A DNA stretch of 64,000 nt from Nitrospirota bacterium (GCA_963749655.1 CAVVOB010000014.1:64001-128000), one strand, 5' to 3'. Shown: positions 1-10,584, counted from the first letter of the stretch. The notes: generated by a model not told the origin, from the letters alone. A program made the numbers and translations.

Positions 1-2695
1 TGGTGGCCGCATAAGGATAGTCCTTGCTCTTGCCGAGCATTTCCAGATCGTCCTTGAACACCCGCGCAGCCGGGTTGCTGATCACCTTGGGATGGAGCGG
101 GTTCGTGTCGATGGGCGTCTCGAAAGGCTCATAATGCTCGGCGAACGGACCTTCCGCCATCTTATCCACGGCAAACAGCCTCGCCACGCCTTCGGGGTTC
201 ATGATGAAGGGGTTCATGGGATCGCCGGGCGGGACATCCGGTTTGAAGTCCGGCACGTCCACGCCGCCCCAGGCGGTCCCGTTCCAGCTGATGAGCTTCC
301 GCTTCGGGTCCCACGGTTTCCCGGACGGGTCGTTCGAGGCGCGGTTGTACAGGATGCGCCGGTTGGCGGGCCAGGAGAACGCCCAGTTCAGCGTGTTGCC
401 CAGGCCGGAGGGGTCCGAGTTGTCCCGCCGCGCCATCATGTTGCCCTTTTCCGTCCAGGAGCCCGAGAACAACCAGCAGCCGCAGCTGGTTGTGCCGTCG
501 TCCCTGAGCTGGGCAAAGCCGTCCAGCTGCTGCCCCTTCTTTACGAGGACCTTTGTCTTGTCCTTGGGATCGGTTACGTCCTCCAGCGCCTTGCCGTTGT
601 ACTCCATCGCCAACTCCTCGGGCGCAGGCGAAAGCGGGATCTTATGGTTCCAGGTAAGGTTCAGGATCGGGTCGGGGAACGCGCCTCCCTCTTTTTTATA
701 AAGCTCGCGCAGCTTCAGGAAGATGCCGGCGATGATGTCGGCATCGACCTTTGCTTCTCCCGGAGGATTGGCGCCCTTGTAGTGCCACTGCAGCCAGCGG
801 CCGGAGTTGGTGAGCGACCCGTTCTCTTCGGCGAAGCAGGTCGAGGGGAGCCTGAACACTTCGGTCTGGATCTTGGCTGGGTCCACGTTGTTGTGCTCGC
901 CGTGGTTCTCCCAGAAGCACGAGGTTTCCGTTGCCAGGGGATCGATCACGACCAGGTACTTGAGCTTGGCCAGGGACCCGCCTACCTTGGCCTTGCAGGG
1001 GAAGGCTGCGAGGGGGTTAAAGCCCTGACAGAAGTAGCCGTTTACTTTCCCCTGGTTCATCAGCTCGAAGGTCTGGAGCACGTCGTATCCCTTGTCCAGC
1101 TTCGGTAGCCAGTCGAAGCACCAGTTGTTCTTTTTCGTTGCAGCATCGCCGAACCAGGCCTTCATCAGGCTGACATGGAACTTTTCGTAATTCTGCCAAT
1201 AGGACATCTGGCCTGGGCGCAGGGGCTTGAAGGCCCGTTTGCTGATATAGGTCTGGTAGTCTGTTTCTTTTTCGCCGGGAAGGGTGAGGTAGCCCGGCAA
1301 GAGGTTCGACAGGAGGCCAAGGTCAGTGAGACCCTGGATATTGGAGTGGCCCCTGAGCGCGTTCATGCCTCCGCCTGCCATGCCGATGTTGCCGAGCAGG
1401 AGCTGCATCATTGCCGCAGTGCGGATCATCTGCGAGCCCACGGAGTGTTGGGTCCAGCCCAGTGCGTACATGATGGTCAAGGTCCTGTCCGGCACCGACG
1501 TGGTTGCGATGATTTCTGCCACCTTGAGGAAGGTTTCCTTGGGCGTGCCGCAGATATTGCTCACCGCTTCCGGCGTGTACCGGACATAGTGTTTCTTCAG
1601 CAGTTGGAACACGCATCGGGGATGTTTGAGGGTGGGGTCGACCTTTGCAAAGCCGTCAGCACCCATTTCGTACATCCAGCTTGCTTTATCATAGGACCGT
1701 TTTTCGGCGTTGTAACCGGAGAACAAGCCGTCATCGAAATGATAATCCTCGCGCACGATGAAGCTTGCGTCCGTGTAGGATTTCACGTATTCGTGCTGGA
1801 TTTTGTCGCTACTGAGAAGGTAGTTGACCAGGCCGCCCAGGAAGGCGATGTCCGTGCCCGTGCGGAGGGGTGCATAAAGGTCTGCAATCGCCGCCGAACG
1901 GGTGAAGCGGGGGTCTACTACGATGAATGTGGCTTTGTTATGGGCCTTGGCCTCGGTCACCCATTTGAAGCCGCAGGGGTGGGCCTCGGCGGCGTTCCCG
2001 CCCATGACGAGGATGACGTTGGCGTTCTTGATGTCAACCCAGTGGTTGGTCATCGCGCCGCGGCCGAACGTAGGGGCCAAACTGGCCACCGTGGGGCCGT
2101 GTCAAACTCGTGCCTGATTGTCGAAGGCCAGGATGCCGGTGCTGCGGACCGCCTTGTGGGTGATGTAGCCGGTTTCGTTGCTCGACGCGGAGGCTGCCAA
2201 AAATCCCGTGGTCAGCCAGCGGTTGACCGTGGCGCCGGCGGCGTTCTTCTTGATGAAGTTCTTGTCCCGGTCGTCTTTCATCAGGCGCGCGATCTTGCTG
2301 AAGGCTTCGTCCCAGGTTATGCGCTTCCATTCATTCGTCCCGGGGGCTCGGTATTCCGGGTATTTGAGCCGGTTCGGGCTGTGAACAAAGTCCACCAGCC
2401 CTGCGCCCTTCGGGCAGAGGGTGCCGCGGTTCACGGGATGGTCCGGGTCGCCCTCGATGTGAAAGATCGATGACTCGGCGTTCTTCGCCCTGTCCCCCAT
2501 GCTGTGCATGATCAGGCCGCAGCTCACCGAGCAGTAGGGGCAGGTATTGCGGGTCTCGGTGCTGCGGGTAAGCTTGAACTCGCGCACCTCAGCCTCCGCC
2601 TCGCGCGGGGAAAAGCCGAGGGCCGCAACGCTGGAAGCCCCCAGTCCTGCGGCAGAAACCTTGAAAAACTGTCTCCGTGTCACCTGCATTTTCAT
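1..2695 (-). CDS. fdnG: Formate dehydrogenase-N alpha subunit, selenocysteine-containing (3' end runs off the window)
   Basis: Tat signal (TRRQFFK), CPYCSVSC...C Fe-S motif, in-frame TGA at 2102-2104 in ARV-U-HGPTVASLAPTFGRGAMTNHW; the frame continues toward position 1. Confidence 0.95.
2068..2101 (-). promoter_or_regulatory. Bacterial SECIS element
   Basis: Hairpin GGCCA-GTT-TGGCC just 3' of the UGA, in the same position as the E. coli fdnG SECIS. Confidence 0.8.
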
Positions 2696-2953
2696 ACCTC
2701 CAGGGTTTGCATAAATGGCAATATTATTAATGTGGTGTAGATTTTCGGCGTGTGCCTTTTTCCCGGGTCCGATCGGCAGATGCGCCCTCCCGGTTCCGAT
2801 GAAAACAGTATAAAAAAACCATAGCGCGCTGAAAATGCGATGTCAAATTTCGTCATACTTTTTTATGCCAACCAAAGTAGCATTGGCTGCACTATATATC
2901 GGAAGAGAACAAAAAATTTTATCCGATCGGACAAGCCGGGACCAAATACATTG

Positions 2954-3051
2954 AACTGCGAGGGCGCAAAGGTCGAGAGGAAGGCAAAGACTTCTTTGGC
3001 AAGATCCACGATCTACGCGCTTTCCTCGCGGCCCTCGCGGCTTTGCGGCAG
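2954..3051. repeat. Triplet-arm inverted repeat element (CGCGAGG/CGCAAAG type) preceded by GGACAAGCCGGGACCAAA
   Basis: Left arm TGCGAGGGCGCAAAGGTCGAGAGG, right arm CCTCGCGGCCCTCGCGGCTTTGCGG. Confidence 0.6.
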
Positions 3052-3133
3052 AAACCCTCTATCTTTTAAAACGAATATATTTTTACCGGACCAAAAGGGT
3101 TGGACAGTATTTTTTCCGCTGCGCGAAAAGGCC

Positions 3134-4837
3134 TTATTGTTTCGATGATGCGGGGAAATAGAGAGTAAAGGAGGTTCCTGTTCCCAACGTGCTGTCAACG
3201 TCGATGAATCCGCCGTGCCCTTCGACGACCTTCTTGGTGATCGAAAGTCCGAGCCCCGTTCCCTTCAGGATCAGCTTGGTCGTGAAAAAGGGCTCGAAGA
3301 TCCTGTTTAAATTCTCCGCTGAGATCCCGGATCCCGTGTCCTGCACGGTTACCGCCGCATAGGTCCTTCCGCGCACCTGCTCCGGGTGCGTGCTGATCGT
3401 GAGCGTGCCGCCGCCGGTCATCGCGTCGACGGCATTGGAAAGAAGATTTTCCACGGCCTGCAGCATCTGCTCCCTGTTGCCGGCAACGGCGGGAACGTCG
3501 CCAGCCCTGCTTATAACTGCTACGGACCGCTCCCTGCAGACATCCTCGTACATGATCAGCGCCTTCTCGACGATCTCTCGCAGGCTGCATGCCATCCGCA
3601 CGTCGGCGTCCCTGCGCGAAAAGAGCAGGACGTTCTGCAGGACGTTTTCCAGCCGGACGGACTCCTCGAAAATGAGGCCCGCGTATTTCTTCTCCTTGGT
3701 GCCCTCCGGCATCATGTCGAAGAGCCTGTTCGCGAACCCGCCGATCGCCATCAACGGGTTTTTGATCGTATGGGACACGTTCGCCGCTATGCGGCCCAGG
3801 GCCGCGAGTCTTTCCGATTCGATCAATTGCTCCCTGAGCCGGTTCTTCTCCACTTCGGCCTGGCGGCGCACGATGAGGCCGGCAAGAGCATTGGCGATGG
3901 CGACGAGAAACTCCTCCTCTTCAGAAAGGCGCTGGTGGCTGCCCGCTACCGCCACGTTGATGATGCCCAGCGCTTGATCGCCAAACAGGATCGGCACGCA
4001 ATACAACCCTCCCGCGACTGAAGCCGTATACGTATACTGGATTTCCCGCGGAATTTCGAGACAACTCGTAGCCACGATCTGGCAGGATTCCTCGTCGTGC
4101 GGGGACATGCCCTGACCGAGAGGCACGGTCTTGCAGGAGGCCACCTGGGCCACGGTAAACCCGTGCATGGCCCTGAGCATAAGCACCCCGGGGGCCTGCT
4201 CGGCAAGATAGATGCTTCCCCGTGCGCGCATCGCAAAGCTCGGGATGGTCAGGACCAGATCGAGGACGCGGCTCAACTGCTCGTCAAGGGTATCGGGCTC
4301 AAGGGATATCCGGAGCACGGAGCTGACGGCTTTCTGGATCCGGTAGTTGAGATCGATCGAGAGCTCGATGTTCTTTCGCTGCGAAACGTCCCGGACCACG
4401 GCCATGGCTACGATCTCGCCGGCTGCCGGCAGGTAGCTCAGACTGATATCAAGGGAAAATTCCGTGCCGTCCTTTCTCAAGCCGAACAGGTCGAGCCCGC
4501 TCCCCATGGGCCGGATGTGGGGATCGGCCATGAAATCCGACACATGACCGCGATGACGGGCGCGGAAACGCTCCGGCATCAGGGTTTCCACGCTCTTCCC
4601 GAGCAATTCTTCCTTCCGGTAGCCGAACAAGGCCTCGAGCTGAGCATTGACTTGTACTATTTTGCCCCGGCGATCGATGAGCACCAGCCCGTTCGGGAGC
4701 GACTGCAGGACGCGGTCGTACTGTTCCAGCGACGGAATGAATTCAGGATCGCCCCGCCCCTCGGTCCGTACGCGGCCCCGACCTGCGTACTCCCGCTCTT
4801 CGGTATAATATTCCAAGTCTTTTCGCCGTGCCTTCAT
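3134..4837 (-). CDS. PAS-GAF sensor histidine kinase
   Basis: PAS (GLRKDGTEF), GAF, H-box SHTIKNPL, N/G boxes, FEPFFTTK and GTGLGL; start uncertain. Confidence 0.9.
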   Translation of the reverse strand: MKARRKDLEYYTEEREYAGRGRVRTEGRGDPEFIPSLEQYDRVLQSLPNGLVLIDRRGKIVQVNAQLEALFGYRKEELLGKSVETLMPERFRARHRGHVSDFMADPHIRPMGSGLDLFGLRKDGTEFSLDISLSYLPAAGEIVAMAVVRDVSQRKNIELSIDLNYRIQKAVSSVLRISLEPDTLDEQLSRVLDLVLTIPSFAMRARGSIYLAEQAPGVLMLRAMHGFTVAQVASCKTVPLGQGMSPHDEESCQIVATSCLEIPREIQYTYTASVAGGLYCVPILFGDQALGIINVAVAGSHQRLSEEEEFLVAIANALAGLIVRRQAEVEKNRLREQLIESERLAALGRIAANVSHTIKNPLMAIGGFANRLFDMMPEGTKEKKYAGLIFEESVRLENVLQNVLLFSRRDADVRMACSLREIVEKALIMYEDVCRERSVAVISRAGDVPAVAGNREQMLQAVENLLSNAVDAMTGGGTLTISTHPEQVRGRTYAAVTVQDTGSGISAENLNRIFEPFFTTKLILKGTGLGLSITKKVVEGHGGFIDVDSTLGTGTSFTLYFPASSKQ

Positions 4838-4939
4838 TGTTCCTGACCCGCTCCCGCGCCCGAACAGCCCCTGACCATAATTTACCACCTTTTTGGTCCT
4901 CTTTAACCACCATCCCGACACTCTTTCCGCTTCATTGTG

Positions 4940-4980
4940 AAAAAAAAAGAGCGGGACCGGATCATGTCCGGCCCCGCTCT
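4940..4980 (-). terminator. Rho-independent terminator of the CHRD gene
   Basis: AGAGCGGG..CCGGA/TCCGG..CCCGCTCT stem followed by a poly-T run on the minus strand. Confidence 0.75.
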
Positions 4981-5025
4981 GCAATGTCGAATAGAGATCG
5001 GCCTGTAGCGCGTCGGTTCGACGGT

Positions 5026-5499
5026 CTACTTCAGTTCCCCGCGGATCTCCCCGCTCGGATACTTGTCCGTATGAACGTTCACGTAGGCGTCGCCGTCCTT
5101 GATCATCTTCAGAAGATCGTCAACCGTTTTCCCGGCAAGGGGGCCGACCAGGTCCTTATCCGTAATGGTTCCTTTTGCCAGCAATCCGCTGAACTTCCCT
5201 TCCTTCTTCGGCCCTGCAAAAAGTCCGACTACCGGCGGGCCTTCCACGCCTCTTTTGCCTGCATGGATATGGGCTGCCTTGGCATCTGCCAGATTTTTCA
5301 CCTTGAGCTCATAAGTCAGCTCCTTGCCGTCCTTGCTCAGGGTAAGGATCTCCTCGCCGCTTGCCTTCGTCTTCACTGCCGGAACTTCCTCCTTGCCCGT
5401 CAATTTGGTCTTGAAATGACCGCCTGCTGCAGCCATTCCGAGCGACGTGGTAACGATTACCGCAAATAGGGCAAATAGCACTGCTTTAATGGTTTTCAT
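5026..5499 (-). CDS. Secreted CHRD-domain protein
   Basis: Signal peptide, LTGKEEVP, AAHIH, YVNVHT..PSGEIRG; RBS AAGGAGG. Confidence 0.9.
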   Translation of the reverse strand: MKTIKAVLFALFAVIVTTSLGMAAAGGHFKTKLTGKEEVPAVKTKASGEEILTLSKDGKELTYELKVKNLADAKAAHIHAGKRGVEGPPVVGLFAGPKKEGKFSGLLAKGTITDKDLVGPLAGKTVDDLLKMIKDGDAYVNVHTDKYPSGEIRGELK

Positions 5500-5693
5500 A
5501 TGATGTTCCTCCTTCATGGCAGAACGTACACTCCTGACGAATGCACTAAAACCCGCTGACCGCGCCGACGTCACGCGACTTTTTTCCGTCTTCGTCAAAA
5601 GTGGATATTCTGTTCTAACTATATCTCGCCAGAAAATCATGTCAAGTTTGTCCTGTTTTGGTCGGATACAAAAGGCTTAGATGGCCATCCCTC

Positions 5694-5748
5694 TCCCCCA
5701 AAAATACCCTGTCGATTTTCTTGACAAAATCATCACTGTCTATATAAT
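5694..5748 (+). promoter_or_regulatory. Sigma70 promoter with upstream TACCC-type motif (rSAM/lipoprotein operon)
   Basis: TCCCCCAAAAATACCC, 11 bp, TTGACA, 16 bp, TATAAT. Confidence 0.7.
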
Positions 5749-5935
5749 CGAGGCAGTTCGATTTAATGATCGTTTCCTCACCGTATAGGTCCAACGGGAC
5801 CGCGCCCGGCTTCGCGACAATCTCCGTCGCAGGTCCCGTATCTTTTCTGAAGTGCATCCTGTTCCCCTCAGCGTGCGTCTAACTCGCCATAAACAGCAAT
5901 GCGCGCTTGCGCGCTACTCGACAGGAGAACATCGC

Positions 5936-6421
5936 ATGAGGACCGAAAATTATTCACGGCGGGAATTCTTAAAGACCTTCGCGCTGATATCGTCGGCGCC
6001 GCTCCTGGTCAACGTGCTTGCCGCGTGCAGTGATCCCGTGGCCGGTGCCGCATACGGACCCCCGCCGTACACCCAGGTCTCAGTGACCGGAATATACTTT
6101 CTCGACGCGCAGTCACATACCGTGAAGCTTGCGGACAATCAGAACGTGCCTGCCCACACGTCCTTTACCATCCAGTTCAACACTGCGATGAACATGGATT
6201 CCGTTCTTACCGCGATAACGTTCGTTGACTCAGGCAACACTCCTGTTGCATTTGCCGCACTTGCGCAGGACGAGCGGACCATGGGGCTGACTCCGTCTGC
6301 CGATCTCGCGCACAACAGCACCTATACGCTGAGTGTGAACAATAACGCCGTGGATGCGAGTGGGAACTCACGGCTTCTTGTTGACGCGAATGCAACGGCA
6401 ACGTTCAAGACCGGGGTCTGA
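5936..6421 (+). CDS. Tat lipoprotein with AYGP motif and SbsA/Big_5-like Ig domain (putative rSAM substrate 1)
   Basis: SRREFLK, lipobox LAAC, AAYGPPP, then IQFNTAMN...LTPSADLAHNSTYTLSV; RBS AGGAG. Confidence 0.85.
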   Translation: MRTENYSRREFLKTFALISSAPLLVNVLAACSDPVAGAAYGPPPYTQVSVTGIYFLDAQSHTVKLADNQNVPAHTSFTIQFNTAMNMDSVLTAITFVDSGNTPVAFAALAQDERTMGLTPSADLAHNSTYTLSVNNNAVDASGNSRLLVDANATATFKTGV

Positions 6422-6553
6422 AAGGACGGCGAGAGAAAACGTGTTGGTGTCTGCGACATCTGCGTAATCTGCGGAACAATATTTTCATGTTTTTCTGCAG
6501 TCCGCCGGCGCAAAAGTGACGTTGTTCAAATCGAACAGGGAGAGGCGATACCC

Positions 6554-7660
6554 GTGAACTCCATCGAGAAAAAAGTGCAGGCCCTTGAATCCTTCATCGA
6601 GCGCAAGGAGCAGCTCAAGAAGGACACTTCCCTGCGCTATCTTTTCTGGGAATCCACGCTCCGCTGCAATCTGAGCTGCCTCCACTGCGGCAGCGACTGC
6701 GTCCGCGACGACGCGAGCCAGGCAGCCGAGCTCGACGGGGAGACGATCAAACGCGAGCTCCACTCCATCGCCGGCCATTACGATCCGCGCCTGTGCACCT
6801 TTGCGATCATCGGGGGCGAACCCCTTCTGCGCGACGACATCATCGGCGTGGGGGCCTTTGCAGCGGAGCTGGGATACAACTGGGGCATCACGACGAACGG
6901 CATGCTCCTGAGCCGCGACAAGATCAGGCAGTTGAAGGACGCGAAGCTCCGGACGATCTCGGTGAGCCTGGACGGCCTTCCGTCTGACCATGACCGTCTG
7001 CGCTCCTGCAATGGCTCCTGGGATATCGTCACAACGGCGATCAAAAACCTTCTGGCGGACCGGTTCTTCTCCGTCTTCGACGTCATTTGCTGCGTCAGCA
7101 AGATCAACATCAACCGGCTCGGACCTTTTGTCGAAAGCCTGATCCAACTCGGCGTCCCGGCGGTCCGGTTCACACCCGTGTTCTCCCGCGGCAGAGCGGG
7201 CAGGAACAGGGACCTCATGCTGAGCAAAGATGATTACCAGAAACTGCTCCGCTTCATCGCGGAGCAGCGCGCGAAGCAGTCCGCGATTCGGATCACCCTG
7301 AGCGAGGAAGGTTACTGGGGCCCGGAATGGGAATGCGTGGTGCGCGATGAATTCCACTATTGCGGGTCGGGGATCATGATCGGCTCCATCCTGCACGACG
7401 GCCGCGTCACCGGCTGCCCAAGCGTTTCCCGGAAGTTCATCGAGGGAAACATCAGGGAAACTCCCTTCGTGGATGTCTGGAAAAACCGCTTCACCAGGTA
7501 CCGGAAGGACCGCAAGGAAACCTTCTCCGGTCTCTGCGGAAACTGCGAGCACTGGGACCTCTGCGAAGGCGGCGGGTTCCATCTTCTGGACCAGGACAAT
7601 GCCGCAGAGAGCTTTTGCTGCCTTGAAAAAATCGGCCAAAGGAGAAGATCGCATGAATAG
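6554..7660 (+). CDS. Radical SAM/SPASM maturase, rSAM/lipoprotein-system (TIGR04133-like), putative splicease
   Basis: LFWESTLRCNLSCLHCGSDC (CxxxCxxC), GGEPLL, TTNG; SPASM C..GCPS..GNI..CGNCEHWDLCEGGG..C. Confidence 0.9.
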   Translation: MNSIEKKVQALESFIERKEQLKKDTSLRYLFWESTLRCNLSCLHCGSDCVRDDASQAAELDGETIKRELHSIAGHYDPRLCTFAIIGGEPLLRDDIIGVGAFAAELGYNWGITTNGMLLSRDKIRQLKDAKLRTISVSLDGLPSDHDRLRSCNGSWDIVTTAIKNLLADRFFSVFDVICCVSKININRLGPFVESLIQLGVPAVRFTPVFSRGRAGRNRDLMLSKDDYQKLLRFIAEQRAKQSAIRITLSEEGYWGPEWECVVRDEFHYCGSGIMIGSILHDGRVTGCPSVSRKFIEGNIRETPFVDVWKNRFTRYRKDRKETFSGLCGNCEHWDLCEGGGFHLLDQDNAAESFCCLEKIGQRRRSHE

Positions 7661-8147
7661 CGAAAATTATTCTCGGCGGGAGTTCCTCAGGACCTTCGCA
7701 ATGATGTCGTCGGCGCCGCTCCTCGCAAGCATTCTTTCCGGGTGCGGTTCTTCCACCACCACGAATGAGAACAAAGTAATGTATGGTCCTTCACCTGTTC
7801 AGCCGGTTCTGGTAGTGGTAATGTCTTTCCTCGACGCGCAGTCATCTCCCGTTGAACTGTCGGGCAGCCGGAACGTGCCCGTTCATACGTCCTTTATCAT
7901 CCAGTTCAACACGGCAATGGACATGAATTCCGTCGCAGCGGCAATTTCTTTCGTTGACTCAGGTAGTAGCCCCGTCGTTTTTACTGCAAGCCCGCAGAGC
8001 GACTGGAGCATACAGGTTACCCCTTCTTCTGATCTGGCAAGCAACAGCGATTACACCCTGAGCGTGAATAATAACGCCATGAGCTCCGGCGGCAGCGGCC
8101 TCACGGTTGACGCAAAGTCAACCGCGACGTTCAAGACCGGGGCTTAA
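7653..8147 (+). CDS. Tat lipoprotein with MYGP motif and Ig-like domain (putative rSAM substrate 2), paralog of 5936..6421
   Basis: SRREFLR, lipobox LSGC, VMYGPSP; overlaps the rSAM stop by 8 nt. Confidence 0.85.
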   Translation: MNSENYSRREFLRTFAMMSSAPLLASILSGCGSSTTTNENKVMYGPSPVQPVLVVVMSFLDAQSSPVELSGSRNVPVHTSFIIQFNTAMDMNSVAAAISFVDSGSSPVVFTASPQSDWSIQVTPSSDLASNSDYTLSVNNNAMSSGGSGLTVDAKSTATFKTGA

Positions 8148-8165
8148 GAGGCAAAATCATATTTT

Positions 8166-8510
8166 ATGAAGGCGACCATCATAACGGTCATGCTTGGTAT
8201 ACTGCTTTCGCTGCCGGCCCTTCTCTCTGCAGCCGGCGAAACTGCCGTCGAAGCAGCGCCCCCGGTCGAGCTCTTCATCGCCGACTGGTGTCCCAACTGC
8301 CGCAAGGCCATGGACTTTTTGCGCTCGCACGGCATCGAGTTCGTCGCCTATGACGTTGAAAAGAACGAGACGGCCGCTCGCAGGAAGAAGCAGCTCGACA
8401 AACGCCGGCTGGTGCCTTTTGCGATCATCAACGGAAAAAAAGTCAGCGGGTTTTCCGAGAATGAATACCTGAAGGCGCTGGGGATTAATGAAACTCCTCA
8501 AAAGAGATAA
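8166..8510 (+). CDS. Exported glutaredoxin-like protein
   Basis: Signal peptide, WCPNC, VP..IING...GF. Confidence 0.85.
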   Translation: MKATIITVMLGILLSLPALLSAAGETAVEAAPPVELFIADWCPNCRKAMDFLRSHGIEFVAYDVEKNETAARRKKQLDKRRLVPFAIINGKKVSGFSENEYLKALGINETPQKR

Positions 8511-8528
8511 GTCCGCCCTGACTGAAAC

Positions 8529-8553
8529 CTGGATTCCTGCCGTCGCAGGAATG
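8529..8553. repeat. Partial GTCATTCC..GGAATCCAG-type palindromic repeat
   Basis: CTGGATTCCTGCCGTCGCAGGAATGA, related to 47001-47073. Confidence 0.5.
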
Positions 8554-8638
8554 AAAAGCTGATGGTGTACCCCGGCTTGTCACGTATGATTCGTTTTTGT
8601 TTCGTTTTATTGAGGCGAGTCGGTCATTTCAGTGTTTT

Positions 8639-9127
8639 ATGCTAACCGTTCTTATAAGAAAACAGCGTTTCCTGTCCGCACTCTGCGCACTCTCACTCCT
8701 GCTCCTGACCGTGGGAACCGCAGCGGCAGACAGTCTGCGCGCCTTCACGAGCGACGGCTGCAGCCTGTTCCCTGACGGAGAACTGAAGGACCGGGCGCAG
8801 TGGTGTGATTGCTGCCTGATCCATGACATCGCCTACTGGCAGGGCGGCACCAGCGAGGACCGCCAACGGGCCGATGAAGCGCTCCGGAAGTGCGTGATCG
8901 ATCGCACCAAGAGCGAAGCCCTGGCGGACCTGATGTACGACGGGGTCCGGGCAGGCGGGCACCCTGCTTTCCCCACCTGGTATCGCTGGGCATACGGATG
9001 GCCGTATGGCAGGGGATACAAACAGCTGACTGAACAGGAACAGACGCAGGTCCGGGAGAAGATCGATGCCTATCAACGCGATCATCCTGATGGGTATTGC
9101 ATCGAGCAGCACAAAACGACAAAGTAA
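8639..9127 (+). CDS. Secreted phospholipase A2-like protein
   Basis: Signal peptide, FTSDGCS, WCDCCLIHDIAY (CCxxHDxxY), AD..L..C; start uncertain. Confidence 0.65.
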   Translation: MLTVLIRKQRFLSALCALSLLLLTVGTAAADSLRAFTSDGCSLFPDGELKDRAQWCDCCLIHDIAYWQGGTSEDRQRADEALRKCVIDRTKSEALADLMYDGVRAGGHPAFPTWYRWAYGWPYGRGYKQLTEQEQTQVREKIDAYQRDHPDGYCIEQHKTTK

Positions 9128-9159
9128 CGGGCGGCCTGTCAACCGCAGGAGGAAAAAGA

Positions 9160-9768
9160 ATGAACAGACTCTGTATGACCATACACGCGAACCGGTATCG
9201 GGCCGCGATCATCGCGCTGTCGGCGCTCTTCTTGTGCGCTGCCTTCAGCTCCGGCGTATATGCAGACGCGGCGGGTGCAAACCGCCCTGCGACATGGGCT
9301 GCGCCGGTTTCCGTAAAAGGCGCGCCGAACCTGCACAAGGTTAACGACGGACTCTACCGCAGCGCACAGCCCACAAAAGAGGGAATGAAAAACCTGGAGA
9401 GGCTGGGCATCCGCACGGTCATCAACCTCCGCGCTTTCCATTCAGACTCAGATGAGCTCAAAGGGACAACACTGTTGAACTCGGAGTTGAGCATCAAGAC
9501 CTGGCACATCGAGGATGAGGATGTCGTCAAGGTCCTTCGGATCCTTGCGCACAAGGAAAACGGCCCCTTTCTGATCCACTGCCAGCACGGCGCCGACCGG
9601 ACCGGCGTCATGTCCGCGATGTACCGGATCGTGGTCCAGGGCTGGTCCAAGGAGGACGCGATCGACGAAATGGTGAATGGTGGATACGGGTTCCATTCCG
9701 TCTGGTCGAACGTGATCGACTATGTGCGCAAGGTTGATATCGACAGGATCAAAAAGCAAACAGAATAG
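9160..9768 (+). CDS. Secreted dual-specificity/tyrosine phosphatase-family protein
   Basis: Signal peptide, LYRSAQP, HCQHGADRTG P-loop. Confidence 0.9.
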   Translation: MNRLCMTIHANRYRAAIIALSALFLCAAFSSGVYADAAGANRPATWAAPVSVKGAPNLHKVNDGLYRSAQPTKEGMKNLERLGIRTVINLRAFHSDSDELKGTTLLNSELSIKTWHIEDEDVVKVLRILAHKENGPFLIHCQHGADRTGVMSAMYRIVVQGWSKEDAIDEMVNGGYGFHSVWSNVIDYVRKVDIDRIKKQTE

Positions 9769-9963
9769 CCGCAGCTTCGGCTGTCTGCACGCCCGCCATC
9801 TTATAAGGGCCCATGACTCGGTTTATCGAATAACCGGATTGAACAAATAAGGGAGGAGACGGGAGGTGGTTGGTACCTCAATTTTTGGACGAGGGTTTGT
9901 ATTTTTTCTATGGGAAAACGATAGAGACAGCAATTTTTTTTATTTCAAACAGGAGGAATTCTC

Positions 9964-10464
9964 ATGAAAAGACTTTTGACGGCAATGCTGACGGTGGTGA
10001 TGTTCGGCGCGCTCACAGCGAATGCATCTGCGGCGAACGGCCTCAAAGCTGGCGCATTTTCCTTTGGCGTGAACGTGAATGATGATTTTGTGCTTTCAGG
10101 CAAGTATTTTGTCGCGAATGACCTTGCAATTCTTGCGCTCTTCGGCCTCGGTCAGAAGGGAGGCGACGCCTCGGGCACCGACCTCGGAATCGGCGCAGGC
10201 ATCAGGAAGTATCTCTCCACCGAGGACTTCGCGCCCTTTTTCGGCGGCGTCGTATCCTACCGGAGCACGCGGGACGGCGACCTGAAGGAGACAAGTATTA
10301 TGGGACTGTTCGGCGCTGAATACTTTTTTGAGAAACGCTTCAGTGTGGAAGGAAACGTGGGCTTCGGATACACCTCAACGGACACCACCACGGGGCCGAC
10401 CACGGTGACGGAGAACACCCTCGGCACCCAGCGGTTCGGTTTGAACCTGAACTTTTATTTCTGA
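9964..10464 (+). CDS. Outer membrane beta-barrel protein
   Basis: Signal peptide, amphipathic strands, C-terminal LNFYF. Confidence 0.85.
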   Translation: MKRLLTAMLTVVMFGALTANASAANGLKAGAFSFGVNVNDDFVLSGKYFVANDLAILALFGLGQKGGDASGTDLGIGAGIRKYLSTEDFAPFFGGVVSYRSTRDGDLKETSIMGLFGAEYFFEKRFSVEGNVGFGYTSTDTTTGPTTVTENTLGTQRFGLNLNFYF

Positions 10465-10484
10465 CGAACAGACACTTTTCATCG

Positions 10485-10518
10485 AGTCCCCGGCGCCGTC
10501 TGCGCCGGGGACTTTTTT
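10485..10518 (+). terminator. Rho-independent terminator
   Basis: AGTCCCCGGCGC/GCGCCGGGGACT followed by a T run. Confidence 0.85.
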
Positions 10519-10584
10519 GCGGAGGGCCCGGCACCTTGCGCTTTTTACGCCAATCGATTATCATGGCTGCGGGAGATAAAAACC

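Noticed and set aside
2102-2104. fdnG as a pseudogene
   Set aside because: The stop is the conserved Sec codon followed by a SECIS
92-2473. Long plus-strand ORFs (338 and 432 aa)
   Set aside because: Antisense shadows of fdnG in GC-rich DNA; the same applies to 50198..52420, 13801..14988 and 61260..62486
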